A stretch of 45,806 nucleotides of DNA from Patescibacteria group bacterium (GTDB lineage Bacteria; Patescibacteriota; Minisyncoccia; Minisyncoccales; PEYH01): positions 1-45,806 of the forward strand of contig JAYENY010000006.1 in the NCBI GenBank assembly GCA_034722415.1. The letters are read 5' to 3'. Below are positions 9,043 through 18,909 of this stretch, piece by piece; the stretch's first letter is position 1, and the number at the start of each line of letters is the position of its first letter. The position numbers and the translations under genes were made by a program. A model generated the notes under the pieces. The model was not told the DNA's origin, ran no database searches, and saw nothing but the letters and a program-made list of their open reading frames with translations.

Positions 9043-9774
9043 TACGCGACTACCCGATGAGGTAATAGCAATCATATGCTCAAAATGAGCAGAAAGAGAA
9101 CCGTCCATTGTTTGAAGCCCACTATTATTTGGGGCTTTTTTGATTTTACCAGAACCCATTGTGGCCATTGGCTCAAGACAAACAACCATTCCCTCCTTAA
9201 GCTCATCTCCTTTTCTTCTTTTCCCATAATTTAGAATCTCTGGATCTTCGTGTAAATCTTTGCCAATACCGTGCCCACAAAGTTCTCTAACTATATTGAA
9301 TCCTCTTTTTTCAATATAGCGTTGAATAGTATTCCCAATATCCCCAACGGTATTGCCGGGCCTAACCTTTTTTAATGCTATTCTTAAAGATTTTTTAGTT
9401 ATCATAAGTAATCGAGCTGTTTCTGGTTTAATTTCTCCAACAGGCACTGTTATTGCCATATCACTATAAAAACCTTTGTGAATAACTCCCATATCTAAGG
9501 ATAAAATATCTCCTTTTTTCAGGATATAATCCGATGGTATTCCATGAACAATAACTTCATTAACAGAAGCACACATAACTGCTGGAAAATCATTGTACCC
9601 TAAGAATGCTGGTTTAGTTTTGGATTTAAAAATAAGCTCTTCAGCGAGCTTGTTTAATTCTTGCGTGGTAACTCCTGGCTTTACTTCTTTTTTCAAATCT
9701 CTCATAATTTGTGCCAAGATTTTTCCACCTTCTGCCATTATTTTAATTTCTTCTGGGGTTTTGATAAAAATCAT
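9031..9774 (-). CDS. map: type I methionyl aminopeptidase
   Basis: Track ORF of 247 aa. Typical MetAP motifs (VHGIP, DMG..., GHGIG). Operon position after adk. Confidence 0.95.
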   Translation of the reverse strand: MIFIKTPEEIKIMAEGGKILAQIMRDLKKEVKPGVTTQELNKLAEELIFKSKTKPAFLGYNDFPAVMCASVNEVIVHGIPSDYILKKGDILSLDMGVIHKGFYSDMAITVPVGEIKPETARLLMITKKSLRIALKKVRPGNTVGDIGNTIQRYIEKRGFNIVRELCGHGIGKDLHEDPEILNYGKRRKGDELKEGMVVCLEPMATMGSGKIKKAPNNSGLQTMDGSLSAHFEHMIAITSSGSRVLTE

Positions 9775-10436
9775 TTAATTTTTTCTAAAATTTCCTGCTC
9801 AACATCTTTAATCGATTGCTCTCCATCTATTTCAACTAAAATCCCCTTATCTTTGTAATAGTCAACAACTGGCAACACTTCCTCCTTAAACCATCTTAAT
9901 CTTTCTTTTATATCCTCTGTTTCATCGTCTTCTCTTGTGTATAACTCTCCCCCACATTTATCACATTTCTCAAGAGTTTTAAATTCTCCAATATATGGAA
10001 AAATTTTTCCGCAGTTTCTACAAATTCTTCTTTTAAGTAGTCTATCCATTGATTCCTTCTCTGAAATATTAATGAAAAGCACTTTTTTATCCGTATTCCA
10101 ATCATACCAATCAAGAGCCAATTCCATCATTTGTGCTTCAAATGTTGTTCTTGGACTACCATCAAAAACAAAGCCCTTGATTTCTGAATTTTGTTTAAAC
10201 TCTTCTAGTTTGTCCATCCAAAGCTTAAAAATTACTGGCGTCGGTACTCTTTTTCCGTCATCAATCGATTCTGCAATTTTACTTCCGGTATAATCTTCTT
10301 TCTTTTTCCGAGCTCTCAATAAATCACCACTGCCAATATATTGCAATTCAAATTTTTTCTGCAAAAGTTTTGTTTGAGTCCCCTTTCCAGCGCCAGGTGG
10401 TCCGATAATTATAATAACTTGTTTAGTGTTTTCCAT
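9771..10436 (-). CDS. adk: adenylate kinase (zinc-lid form)
   Basis: Track ORF of 221 aa. P-loop GPPGAGKGTQ. Lid with CRNCG...CDKCG. Confidence 0.95.
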   Translation of the reverse strand: MENTKQVIIIIGPPGAGKGTQTKLLQKKFELQYIGSGDLLRARKKKEDYTGSKIAESIDDGKRVPTPVIFKLWMDKLEEFKQNSEIKGFVFDGSPRTTFEAQMMELALDWYDWNTDKKVLFINISEKESMDRLLKRRICRNCGKIFPYIGEFKTLEKCDKCGGELYTREDDETEDIKERLRWFKEEVLPVVDYYKDKGILVEIDGEQSIKDVEQEILEKIK

Positions 10437-10437
10437 C

Positions 10438-11715
10438 TTAAATAGTCTCGTACTCTCTCATTTGAAGCTGAGCATTTATTTGTTTGATTGTATCTAAAAC
10501 AACAGAGACAACAATTAATAGAGATGTGCCTCCAACTAAAAATCCAAACGTAGTTACTCCTGTGGTTCCCTGAATGAAATAAGGCATAATCGCTACAGTC
10601 CCTAAAAATGTTGCTCCAATAAATAGAATACGATGAAGGATGTAGGATATAAAATGAGCAGTTGATTCTCCGGGCCTAATTCCTGGGACAAAACCCCCCA
10701 TTTTCTTTAAATTATTAGAGATAGATTTTGGATCAAAAGTAACCATGGTATAAAAATATGTAAATGCAAAAACCATGGCAAAATATGTTGCTCCCCAAGC
10801 AATACGATGATTCTGGAAATTAGCTACGCTTTGAGCAATTCTACCAACGAGACCATCTGCTCCGGCTAAGAACTGCGCTATCATTCCAGGAAACAGCATT
10901 ATTGATAATGCAAAAATAATAGGGATAACTCCTGCTGGATTAACATTTAATGGTAAATAAGTAGAAGCGCCTCCATACATTCTTTTTCCTCTAACTCTTT
11001 TCGCATAGGAAATAGGAATATTCCGCCTAGCTTCTGTTACCATAACAATGCCAACAATTATTAAAAAGGCGGCGCCAAAAAAGAATAAATAACTAGGAAG
11101 CTGTGCAGGATCCCATCCCACCATAAACTGCTGCACATTAACAGGAACGCTTGAAACAATTCCTGCAAAAATAATCAAAGATACTCCATTTCCAATCCCT
11201 TTTTCTGTAATCATTTCTCCTAACCAGACCAAGAAAAAAGTACCAGCAGTAACAGTAACAATCGAACTTATCATCATTACTAGCGGCATCTGGCCAATGG
11301 CCCCCTGTTTCTGTAACAAACTAAGCATTGCATAGCCTTGCATAATGGCCATAGGAATTGTCAAAAGACGACCATACTGATTAAATTTTTGCTTACCTGC
11401 GGCTCCCTCCTCTTTATAAATCCTTTCCATGGCAGGAAAAATCATTGTTAAAAGTTGTAAAATAATAACAGATGTAATATATGGTCCTATCCCTAACATA
11501 GCAATAGAAAGTTTAGACAATGTTCCTCCTGTAAACACATTTAATAATCCAAACATTTGAAACTTTTCGAAAAAACCCTCTAGATCCTGAATATTAACTC
11601 CTGGCACAGGAATATTTGCCATGAGACGAAAAATAAAAAGCATTGCCAAAACAAAAAGAATTTTATTTCTCAAATCCTTTATTTTAAAAATTTGAATTAA
11701 TTTATTAAAATTCAT
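10438..11715 (-). CDS. secY: preprotein translocase subunit SecY
   Basis: Track ORF of 425 aa, polytopic. Conserved SecY segments (GIGPYITSVIILQLL, GNGVSLIIFAGI). Position after rplO. Confidence 0.95.
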   Translation of the reverse strand: MNFNKLIQIFKIKDLRNKILFVLAMLFIFRLMANIPVPGVNIQDLEGFFEKFQMFGLLNVFTGGTLSKLSIAMLGIGPYITSVIILQLLTMIFPAMERIYKEEGAAGKQKFNQYGRLLTIPMAIMQGYAMLSLLQKQGAIGQMPLVMMISSIVTVTAGTFFLVWLGEMITEKGIGNGVSLIIFAGIVSSVPVNVQQFMVGWDPAQLPSYLFFFGAAFLIIVGIVMVTEARRNIPISYAKRVRGKRMYGGASTYLPLNVNPAGVIPIIFALSIMLFPGMIAQFLAGADGLVGRIAQSVANFQNHRIAWGATYFAMVFAFTYFYTMVTFDPKSISNNLKKMGGFVPGIRPGESTAHFISYILHRILFIGATFLGTVAIMPYFIQGTTGVTTFGFLVGGTSLLIVVSVVLDTIKQINAQLQMREYETI

Positions 11716-12143
11716 AATACCTTACCGCCAACTTTCTCAATTTTTGTCTTAGCTTGTTCAGAAACTTGGCAATACTTGATGGTTAGTTTTTTAGTCAAAT
11801 CTCCATTAGCCAAAATCTTTACTCCCGGCGTCTTACCTCTTATTTTACGAATTATTCTTTTATCAATCAAGGCCTTAGGGCTTACAATCTCACTATCTTC
11901 AAATTTTCGCTCAAGAATAGTTAAATTAACTTGTAATAAATCTGGTTTTTTACTTGAAACTCTATATCCTCTTAATTTTGGATATCTTTTAATTACTCCT
12001 CTAATAATTGGTTCTTTCCCTGAACCTGATCTAGATTTTTGCCCTTTCATTCCCCGACCAGAATAAGTCCCGCGTTTGCCTCCTCGGCCAACGCGTTTTT
12101 TTCTTCTCTGGGTACTACTTGGTTTTATTTGATGCAATTGCAT
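11712..12143 (-). CDS. rplO: 50S ribosomal protein L15
   Basis: Track ORF of 143 aa. GRGGKRGTYSGRGMKGQKSRSG motif. Confidence 0.95.
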   Translation of the reverse strand: MQLHQIKPSSTQRRKKRVGRGGKRGTYSGRGMKGQKSRSGSGKEPIIRGVIKRYPKLRGYRVSSKKPDLLQVNLTILERKFEDSEIVSPKALIDKRIIRKIRGKTPGVKILANGDLTKKLTIKYCQVSEQAKTKIEKVGGKVL

Positions 12144-12148
12144 ATTAT

Positions 12149-12616
12149 TTATGGCTTAAGCTTTTGCAAGGCCAACATGGTTGCTCTCGCATTATTTAAT
12201 TTATTTCTTGTGCCTCCTAAAATTTTAGAAGAAACATTTCTTATCCCAGCTAAAGTGCAAATTACTCGCACAGTTCCACCAGCTACCAACCCTCGTCCCT
12301 CTCTCTGCGGCCTTAGAAGCACTATTGCTGCTCCTAATTTAACTCTTACTTCGTGTGGAATACTACCCTCTTTAGTTATTGGCACGGTAATTAATTTTTT
12401 CTTAGCTACCTTGATTGCTTTTTCAACGGCTTGAGCAACATCTAGCCCTTTTGCCACGCCTACTCCTACTTGATTTTTCTTATCTCCAACTACAACTACT
12501 GCTCTAAATCTCATTTGTTTTCCTCCGGCAGTTACCCTAACTACCCTATTCAAAGCTAAAAGCTTTGAGTCAAACTCATCCTTCTCTTTTCTCATTGGTC
12601 GTGGTCTTTGAAACAT
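12149..12616 (-). CDS. rpsE: 30S ribosomal protein S5
   Basis: Track ORF of 155 aa. LNRVVRVTAGGKQMRFRAVVVVGD motif. Directly abuts rplO with a 5-nt gap, so there is no rpmD. Confidence 0.95.
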   Translation of the reverse strand: MFQRPRPMRKEKDEFDSKLLALNRVVRVTAGGKQMRFRAVVVVGDKKNQVGVGVAKGLDVAQAVEKAIKVAKKKLITVPITKEGSIPHEVRVKLGAAIVLLRPQREGRGLVAGGTVRVICTLAGIRNVSSKILGGTRNKLNNARATMLALQKLKP

Positions 12617-12620
12617 AATA

Positions 12621-12968
12621 TTAAAATTTTAAACCGCCTTTTCGAGCTCCCTCAGCCAAGGCTTTAATTTTTCCATGATATTTATAGCCACTTCTATCAA
12701 AAACTACTTGAACAATTTTCTTTTCTTGCGCTTTCTTCGCCATTAATTCTCCAATCTTAAACGCGGCATCCATATTATTACTTGATTCACCTTTTGCTAA
12801 TTTTAATTCTGAATCTTTAGCTGAAACAATCGTTTTATTTTTATCATCATCAATAAGCTGAGCATAAATATGTTTGTTTGATCTAAAAACACAAAGTCGA
12901 GGACGATCTGTCCTGCCATGGATTTTAGCTCTTATCCTTCTTTGTCTTTTTGCTCTGCTAAGTATCAT
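12621..12968 (-). CDS. rplR: 50S ribosomal protein L18
   Basis: Track ORF of 115 aa. RPRLCVFRSNKHIYAQLIDD motif. Confidence 0.95.
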   Translation of the reverse strand: MILSRAKRQRRIRAKIHGRTDRPRLCVFRSNKHIYAQLIDDDKNKTIVSAKDSELKLAKGESSNNMDAAFKIGELMAKKAQEKKIVQVVFDRSGYKYHGKIKALAEGARKGGLKF

Positions 12969-12979
12969 AAAATTATAGT

Positions 12980-13525
12980 TTAACTAGCTGCATCAGCTGC
13001 TCTCTTACCTACTTTTCTTATAACTTCTTCTCCTACGTATCTAATACCCTTTCCTTTATATGGCTCTGGTGGTTTAACCGCTCTAATTTGTGCAGCCATC
13101 TCTCCAACTAATTGCTTGCTTATTCCAGAAATAGTAATAATATTTTTTGCTACAGTAAATTCAATTCCTTCTGGCTTTTTAATCTTAACCAAATGAGAAA
13201 ATCCCACTTCTAATATTATCTCTTCTCCCTCAACCCTGGCCTTATATCCTACTCCTTGGATCTCTAATTGCTTTTCATATTCTTTTGTTACTCCCTGAAC
13301 TGCATTAAAGATTAAACTTCTTGTAAGCCCCCAGAAAGCATTAGATTGTTTTGTCTCTTCTTTAATTGTCGTAATAATTTGATTGTCTTTAATAACAACT
13401 TCTATTTCTGGACGAATCTGAAAACTCAACTCTCCTTTAGAGCCTTTAACTTTAAATTCTCCCTTCTCCATCTTAGCCTCTACTCCAGCCGGTATATCAA
13501 TTGGTTTTTTTCCTATACGTGACAT
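12980..13525 (-). CDS. rplF: 50S ribosomal protein L6
   Basis: Track ORF 12980..13543. I prefer the start at MSRIGKKPIDIP (13525), the canonical L6 N-terminus, which avoids overlap with rpsH. Confidence 0.93.
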   Translation of the reverse strand: MSRIGKKPIDIPAGVEAKMEKGEFKVKGSKGELSFQIRPEIEVVIKDNQIITTIKEETKQSNAFWGLTRSLIFNAVQGVTKEYEKQLEIQGVGYKARVEGEEIILEVGFSHLVKIKKPEGIEFTVAKNIITISGISKQLVGEMAAQIRAVKPPEPYKGKGIRYVGEEVIRKVGKRAADAAS

Positions 13526-13529
13526 ATAT

Positions 13530-13919
13530 TTACCAAAGTTCACAAATTATTTCTCCTCCTAAATTTTTCTTCCTTGCTTCTTCTCCGGCCATTAAGCCTT
13601 TGGGAGTAGAAACAATAACCATGCCGCGACCACCCCTTGGCGAACGAATCTTTTTAGCCTCTGTATAGATTCTTCTTCCTGGCTTAGAAACTCTTCTTAG
13701 CTCCTCTATAACTGGCTCTTTCTTATCATATTTTAAACCAATCTTAATGATTTTATTAATCTTATTCCGTTTCTTCTCGACTGATGTAATAAAATTACTT
13801 TCCAATAAAATATTCGCCAATTTATATTTTAGCTTAGAATGCGGAATCTCTACACTAGGGTGTAAAACCGCTTGAGCATTTTTTATCCTTATTAACATGT
13901 CTGCAATTGGATCTGTCAT
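13530..13919 (-). CDS. rpsH: 30S ribosomal protein S8
   Basis: Track ORF of 129 aa. MTDPIADMLIRIKNA N-terminus. Confidence 0.95.
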   Translation of the reverse strand: MTDPIADMLIRIKNAQAVLHPSVEIPHSKLKYKLANILLESNFITSVEKKRNKINKIIKIGLKYDKKEPVIEELRRVSKPGRRIYTEAKKIRSPRGGRGMVIVSTPKGLMAGEEARKKNLGGEIICELW

Positions 13920-13920
13920 A

Positions 13921-14106
13921 TTACCAACTTGATTTTCTTACTCCTGGAATCTGACCTTTGTTTGCCATTTCTCTAAAGCATATTCTACATAAGCCAAATT
14001 TTCTCATATACCCTCTCTTTCTCCCGCATCGAAAACAACGGGTAATTACTCGAGTACTATACTTTGGCTTTCTTTTTGCTTTTGCTATATGTGATAATTT
14101 AGCCAT
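13921..14106 (-). CDS. rpsN: 30S ribosomal protein S14, short zinc-binding (type Z) form
   Basis: Track ORF of 61 aa. [23 protein letters not shown]. Confidence 0.95.
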   Translation of the reverse strand: MAKLSHIAKAKRKPKYSTRVITRCFRCGRKRGYMRKFGLCRICFREMANKGQIPGVRKSSW

Positions 14107-14662
14107 TTTTTTTAATTGGAAAACCCAATAATCTAAATAATTCTAAACCTTCTTCTTTTGTTTTGGCATCGTTAACGACTGTTATTTCTAATCCAAATAT
14201 TTTTCTTACTTTTTCAGGATGAATCTCTGGAAAAATAATATGTTCTTTTATTCCTATTGTTAAATTTCCTTCCTTATCAATAGCTGTTGGTTCAAGCCCT
14301 GCAAAATCTCTGGTTCGAGGAAGAACAATAAAAATTAACCTTTCTAATAAATCATACATCTTCTGCCCTCTAAGCGTTATTTTGGCTCCAACAGGTATTC
14401 CATCTCTCAATTTAAATCCAGCAATCGACTTCTTAGAATTTGTTAGAACTGGTTTTTGCCCAACAATCAAAACTAGTGCATCTAAAATCTCTGAGTATAT
14501 CTTTTCTGAATCTTTACCGCTTTTGCCAGAGATCAATCGTCCGAAACCAGTATTAACTACTACTTTTTTAATAGAAGGTACGGCCATATTGCTTTTATAC
14601 CCAAACTTTTCCCGCATTGCTGGCATTGCCTCTTTATTATATTTTTCTTTTAATCCAATCAT
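14099..14662 (-). CDS. rplE: 50S ribosomal protein L5
   Basis: Track ORF of 187 aa. Typical L5 sequence and spc-operon position. Confidence 0.95.
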   Translation of the reverse strand: MIGLKEKYNKEAMPAMREKFGYKSNMAVPSIKKVVVNTGFGRLISGKSGKDSEKIYSEILDALVLIVGQKPVLTNSKKSIAGFKLRDGIPVGAKITLRGQKMYDLLERLIFIVLPRTRDFAGLEPTAIDKEGNLTIGIKEHIIFPEIHPEKVRKIFGLEITVVNDAKTKEEGLELFRLLGFPIKKNG

Positions 14663-14683
14663 ATTAATAATTTATCCTGATTA

Positions 14684-14989
14684 TTAAATCACTGCTTGAC
14701 ATTTTTTACAAATACGATTCTTTTTTTCTCCTTTCTTCTTATATCCTATCCTTGTGGGCTTATTACATTTAGGACAAACTAATTTAACATTAGAAGCGGA
14801 AAAAAATCCAGGCTTTTCAATAACTTGTCCCTTTTCTCCCTCTTTACGAGGACGATGATGTTTTTTCTGAATATTCACTCCTTCTGCTTGGAGTCTTTTT
14901 GTTGCAGGCGAAACCTTCAAAACCTTAGCTGTTCTTCCTTTATCATCGCCTGCGGTTATTAAAATTGTATCTCCTTGTTTGATTCTCAT
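14684..14989 (-). CDS. rplX: 50S ribosomal protein L24 (with a CxxC...CxxC pair in the C-terminal half)
   Basis: Track ORF of 101 aa. KOW motif MRIKQGDTILITAGDDKGRTAKV. Also CPKCNKPTRIGYKKKGEKKNRICKKC. Confidence 0.93.
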   Translation of the reverse strand: MRIKQGDTILITAGDDKGRTAKVLKVSPATKRLQAEGVNIQKKHHRPRKEGEKGQVIEKPGFFSASNVKLVCPKCNKPTRIGYKKKGEKKNRICKKCQAVI

Positions 14990-14994
14990 AATAT

Positions 14995-15366
14995 TTAAAT
15001 AATTTCTCTAGCTAATCCAGCAATCTTATCAAAACCTTTTGCTTTTATTTCTCGCGGAATAGGACCAAAAATTCTTCCTCCTTTAGGATTTTTTGTGGTT
15101 CCGTCAAGAATTACTACTGCATTTTCGTCAAATCTAATATATGAACCATCTTTTCTACGAAACTCTTTCCTTTGTCTAACTACCACTGCTCTAACTTTAT
15201 CATGTTTTTTTACTGGTTTTCTTGGTTCAGCTTTTTTAACTGCTGTTACTATAATATCTCCTAACTGAGCATACCTTCTTTTACTTCCACCCAACACCTT
15301 AAAACACTGAACAATCTTTGCTCCGCTATTGTCTGCAACATTTAACATTGTTTGGTCTTGAATCAT
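14995..15366 (-). CDS. rplN: 50S ribosomal protein L14
   Basis: Track ORF of 123 aa. [18 protein letters not shown]-terminus. Confidence 0.95.
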   Translation of the reverse strand: MIQDQTMLNVADNSGAKIVQCFKVLGGSKRRYAQLGDIIVTAVKKAEPRKPVKKHDKVRAVVVRQRKEFRRKDGSYIRFDENAVVILDGTTKNPKGGRIFGPIPREIKAKGFDKIAGLAREII

Positions 15367-15599
15367 ATATTCTTATTAGTTACTCTCCATCGTTTATCTT
15401 TTGACATTGGTCGACATTCTTCAATAATAACCTTGTCTCCTAATTTATAATCTCCTTTTTCATCATGTGCCTTATACTTCTTATGGCTCTTGTATGTCTT
15501 TTTATACAGAGGATGTCTTTTCAATATTTCCACCCTAACAACTACTGTTTTTTGCATCTTATCCGAAACTATAATTCCTTTTAGTCTTTTTTTACTCAT
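15363..15599 (-). CDS. rpsQ: 30S ribosomal protein S17
   Basis: Track ORF of 78 aa. [17 protein letters not shown] motif. Confidence 0.93.
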   Translation of the reverse strand: MSKKRLKGIIVSDKMQKTVVVRVEILKRHPLYKKTYKSHKKYKAHDEKGDYKLGDKVIIEECRPMSKDKRWRVTNKNI

Positions 15600-15783
15600 G
15601 CTTTTTTTCTTTTAAAATAGTTAAAATTTTAGCAATGTCCTTTCTGTTCTGCCTAATTGCTCTTACGTCCTTAACTTTGCCAGCTGCTAATTCAAATCTT
15701 AAAACCCTTAACTTTTCTCTAAGCGTTCCAATCGTTTTCACAAGCTCTTTGTCTTGTTTCATTCTTAATTCTTTAACCTTCAT
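15592..15783 (-). CDS. rpmC: 50S ribosomal protein L29
   Basis: Track ORF of 63 aa. Helical L29 pattern and position between rplP and rpsQ. Confidence 0.9.
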   Translation of the reverse strand: MKVKELRMKQDKELVKTIGTLREKLRVLRFELAAGKVKDVRAIRQNRKDIAKILTILKEKKHE

Positions 15784-16183
15784 GTTTAATAAATTTAGTT
15801 TTTATCCCGAATTTATGCCCTGCCTTTCTAAATGCTTCTCTTGCTATATCTTCTTCTATTCCTCCTAATTCAAAAATTATTTTACCTGGCTTAACCATTG
15901 CAACATAATGATCTACTGATCCTTTTCCTCCACCCATTGGAACTTCTACGCCTTTAGTTGTAATTGGTCTATCTGGGAAAATTCTTATCCAAAGCTTTCC
16001 CCCTTTTCTTAGGTATCTAATAATAGCTCGGCGACCTGCTTCAATTTGTCTTGCAGTTAATCTATCTGGTTCCATAGCTTTTAATCCAAAATCTCCAAAA
16101 GCGAGTTCTGACCCACGAATGGCAATCCCTTTGTTTCTCCATTTTCTCCATTTTCTGTGTTTTACTTTTTTAGGATAAAGCAT
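15773..16183 (-). CDS. rplP: 50S ribosomal protein L16
   Basis: Track ORF of 136 aa. [15 protein letters not shown]-terminus. Confidence 0.95.
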   Translation of the reverse strand: MLYPKKVKHRKWRKWRNKGIAIRGSELAFGDFGLKAMEPDRLTARQIEAGRRAIIRYLRKGGKLWIRIFPDRPITTKGVEVPMGGGKGSVDHYVAMVKPGKIIFELGGIEEDIAREAFRKAGHKFGIKTKFIKHEG

Positions 16184-16187
16184 AATT

Positions 16188-16844
16188 TTAATTCGTCTCG
16201 AATCTATCTCCTTTGTAGATCCAAACTTTTACTCCTATTGTGCCGTAACTACAAAAAGCTTCAGTAAATCCGTAATCAATATCAGCTCTTATTGTTTGGC
16301 GTGGAAGATTCCCTTTCTGTAGCCACTCTGTTCTAGAAATAGACACTCCATTAAGCCGTCCTGATATCTGCACCCTTACTCCCTTTGCCTCTTTGTATCC
16401 ATCTACCATAGATATTGCTTGCTTCAATACTCTTCTAAACGGAAGCCTTCTTTCTATTCTTTGAGCCACCCATTGAGCGACTAACGGAGCGCTTAACCAT
16501 GGATTTTTAACTGATTTAACTTCTATTTTTAATACCTGTTTTTCGCCCGCTGTATTCTGTAAAATCTTTTTTTGGAAATAACTTTTCAGTTCTTCAATTT
16601 GTTCCCCTCCTCTTCCAATAATCAACCCTGGCCTAGAGGAATTAATAATAACAGTAATTCTATTCGGGGATCTTTCAATTTCGATCTTTTCAATCGCTGC
16701 ATCTTTAAATTTCTTAATTAAAAACTCTCTTATCCTAAAGTCCTCCTCTAAATATCTTGGAGTTTGTTTTTCGCTAAACCAGCGAGAATCCCAGTCAGAC
16801 ATTTCTCTCAAGCGGAATGATTTTGGATGGACTTTATGACTCAT
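16188..16844 (-). CDS. rpsC: 30S ribosomal protein S3
   Basis: Track ORF of 218 aa. [13 protein letters not shown]-terminus, KH domain. Confidence 0.95.
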   Translation of the reverse strand: MSHKVHPKSFRLREMSDWDSRWFSEKQTPRYLEEDFRIREFLIKKFKDAAIEKIEIERSPNRITVIINSSRPGLIIGRGGEQIEELKSYFQKKILQNTAGEKQVLKIEVKSVKNPWLSAPLVAQWVAQRIERRLPFRRVLKQAISMVDGYKEAKGVRVQISGRLNGVSISRTEWLQKGNLPRQTIRADIDYGFTEAFCSYGTIGVKVWIYKGDRFETN

Positions 16845-16853
16845 ATTAAAAAA

Positions 16854-17264
16854 TTATTTTTTCTTTTTATTTTTTACTTCTATTTTTTTACCCTTAGGTT
16901 CTTCTATAACCTTAGCTTTTAACTCTTTTTCTTCTTTCTCTTTTAAACAAATAGTTATATGGCTTGTTTTTTTCTGAATTGGATATGCCCTTCCCATTGC
17001 TCTTGGTCTCCATCTTTTGAGCTTCGGTCCTTCATCAACGGTAATCTTAGAAATATATAAAATATTTTCATCAAGCTGAAAATTGTTTTTAGCATTAACA
17101 ATCGCTGATTGCAATAGCTTAGCCATGGGACGACATGCTCTTTTTGTTGTATGTTTTAAAATAACTAAAGACTGTAGAGCCATTTCTCCTCTTATTAAGT
17201 CAGCCACTAAACGAACTTTTCGTGGCGCTATCCTTAAATGTCTTAATTTAGCTATACTTTCCAT
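16854..17264 (-). CDS. rplV: 50S ribosomal protein L22 (Lys-rich C-terminal extension)
   Basis: Track ORF of 136 aa. LRIAPRKVRLVADLIRG motif. The tail is KEKEEKELKAKVIEEPKGKKIEVKNKKKK. Confidence 0.93.
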   Translation of the reverse strand: MESIAKLRHLRIAPRKVRLVADLIRGEMALQSLVILKHTTKRACRPMAKLLQSAIVNAKNNFQLDENILYISKITVDEGPKLKRWRPRAMGRAYPIQKKTSHITICLKEKEEKELKAKVIEEPKGKKIEVKNKKKK

Positions 17265-17276
17265 AGTTTTTTATTA

Positions 17277-17573
17277 CTATCCGTTATCTTTTGTTTTAGT
17301 ATCCATGCTTTTCTGCATTTTTCCTCCATGTCTTATAAACTTAGTTGTTGGAGAAAACTCTCCCAACTTATGACCAACCATATCTTCCCTAATGGGAACT
17401 GTAACAAACTCTTTGCCATTATGAACTCCAAAAACGAATCCAACCATCTCTGGAACAATGACACAAGATCTCGACCATGTTCTAATGGCTGTTTTGTCTC
17501 CTTTCTTCATTTTATCAATCTTTTTCATGACCCTTGGGTCTATATATGGTCCTTTTTTAAGCGATCTACTCAT
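17277..17573 (-). CDS. rpsS: 30S ribosomal protein S19
   Basis: Track ORF of 98 aa. [13 protein letters not shown]-terminus. Confidence 0.95.
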   Translation of the reverse strand: MSRSLKKGPYIDPRVMKKIDKMKKGDKTAIRTWSRSCVIVPEMVGFVFGVHNGKEFVTVPIREDMVGHKLGEFSPTTKFIRHGGKMQKSMDTKTKDNG

Positions 17574-17574
17574 A

Positions 17575-18396
17575 TTATTTCTTTCTTCTTTGAATTATAA
17601 ATTTATCTGTTTTTTTTCTATTCCTTGTTTTTTTACCAAGAGCTATTTTGCCCCATGGAGTCTTTGGATATTTCATTCCAATACCCGTTCTTCCCTCTCC
17701 TCCACCATGAGGATGATCATGTGGAGTCATAGCTGAACCACGTACTGTAGGCCTTATGCCTTTATATCTTTTTCTTCCTGCCTTGCCAAGTATAACATAC
17801 CTATGCTCTGGTCGCGAAACCGCACCAATAGAAGCAAAGCACTCTTTATGTAATTTTCTTAATTCGCTAGAAGGCATTTTAATATGAACATATTTACCTT
17901 CTATTCCCATAATTTTTGCTGCACTTCCAGCAGATCTTACTAACTTACCGCCTCCTCCTGGAACAAGTTCAATATTATAAATTTCTGTTCCAATAGGAAT
18001 ATTCTTAATTTTCATTCTATTGCCTGGCTTTAAGTCTGCACTATCACTTGCTATAATTTCATCTTCTTTTTTAAGCCCTTGTGGAGCCAAATAATATGCT
18101 TTTTTTCCATCTTTATCCTCTACCAAAGCAATGAAAGCTGTGCGGTTAGGATCATATTCTAAGGCCATAACCTTCATTGGGCTATCAATATCTCTACGAG
18201 CAAAATCTACTAATCTATAAAGTCGTTTTGCCCCGCCTCCTCTATGGCGAACAGTAATTCTTCCCTTACTACCTCTGCCAGATTTCTTTTTTAATGGAGT
18301 AACCAAACACTTCTCTGGTCTTTTTTTATCCAAAGAGGAAAAATCTTCCATTGTTCCATGTCTTCTTCCTGGTGATGTTGGTTTATACTTTTTCAT
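17575..18396 (-). CDS. rplB: 50S ribosomal protein L2
   Basis: Track ORF of 273 aa. [13 protein letters not shown] and HPHGGGEGR motifs. Confidence 0.95.
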   Translation of the reverse strand: MKKYKPTSPGRRHGTMEDFSSLDKKRPEKCLVTPLKKKSGRGSKGRITVRHRGGGAKRLYRLVDFARRDIDSPMKVMALEYDPNRTAFIALVEDKDGKKAYYLAPQGLKKEDEIIASDSADLKPGNRMKIKNIPIGTEIYNIELVPGGGGKLVRSAGSAAKIMGIEGKYVHIKMPSSELRKLHKECFASIGAVSRPEHRYVILGKAGRKRYKGIRPTVRGSAMTPHDHPHGGGEGRTGIGMKYPKTPWGKIALGKKTRNRKKTDKFIIQRRKK

Positions 18397-18401
18397 AAAA
18401 A

Positions 18402-18908
18402 TTATCTAGGTAAAACTTCTATTTCCTGTCCTTTTTTAATTTTAACAATTGCCTTTTTATATCCCTTTCTCCATCCTTGAGTCTTTCCTAAACGCCTTTT
18501 TTTCGGTGGTACATTAATAATCCTTACACTTTCTACTTTCACTCCATATACATCTGATACGGCTTTCTTAATCTCTATCTTATTAGAACGACTAGAAACT
18601 CTAAACATATATTGATTCTCGCTAGTTAACTCAGTAGCCTTTTCTGTAATATGTGGCCTTTTTAACACTTTCCATGCAACTTCTGACTTAATTATCTTTT
18701 TAGGCTTAGCAACTTTAACTGGTGCTTCAACTGTTTTCTCTTTTTCTTTCTTGATAGTCTCCTTTTTCTTTACTGCTGGCTTTCCTTTCTTTTCTGTTAA
18801 CGGTTTGGGTTTCTTTTTAACTTCTTTTTCTTTTCCAAAATCCTTCCGAGATCTCTGTGGTTCGGGTTTTTCTTTTAATTTCTTTTTGAAAACATCAAAT
18901 ACTGACAT
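18402..18908 (-). CDS. rplW: 50S ribosomal protein L23 with an approx. 70-aa Lys-rich N-terminal extension
   Basis: Track ORF of 168 aa. The C-terminal approx. 95 aa (VLKRPHITEKAT...AIVKIKKGQEIE) look like L23. The N-terminus is a low-complexity K/E/P tract. Confidence 0.9.
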   Translation of the reverse strand: MSVFDVFKKKLKEKPEPQRSRKDFGKEKEVKKKPKPLTEKKGKPAVKKKETIKKEKEKTVEAPVKVAKPKKIIKSEVAWKVLKRPHITEKATELTSENQYMFRVSSRSNKIEIKKAVSDVYGVKVESVRIINVPPKKRRLGKTQGWRKGYKKAIVKIKKGQEIEVLPR

Positions 18909-18909
18909 G

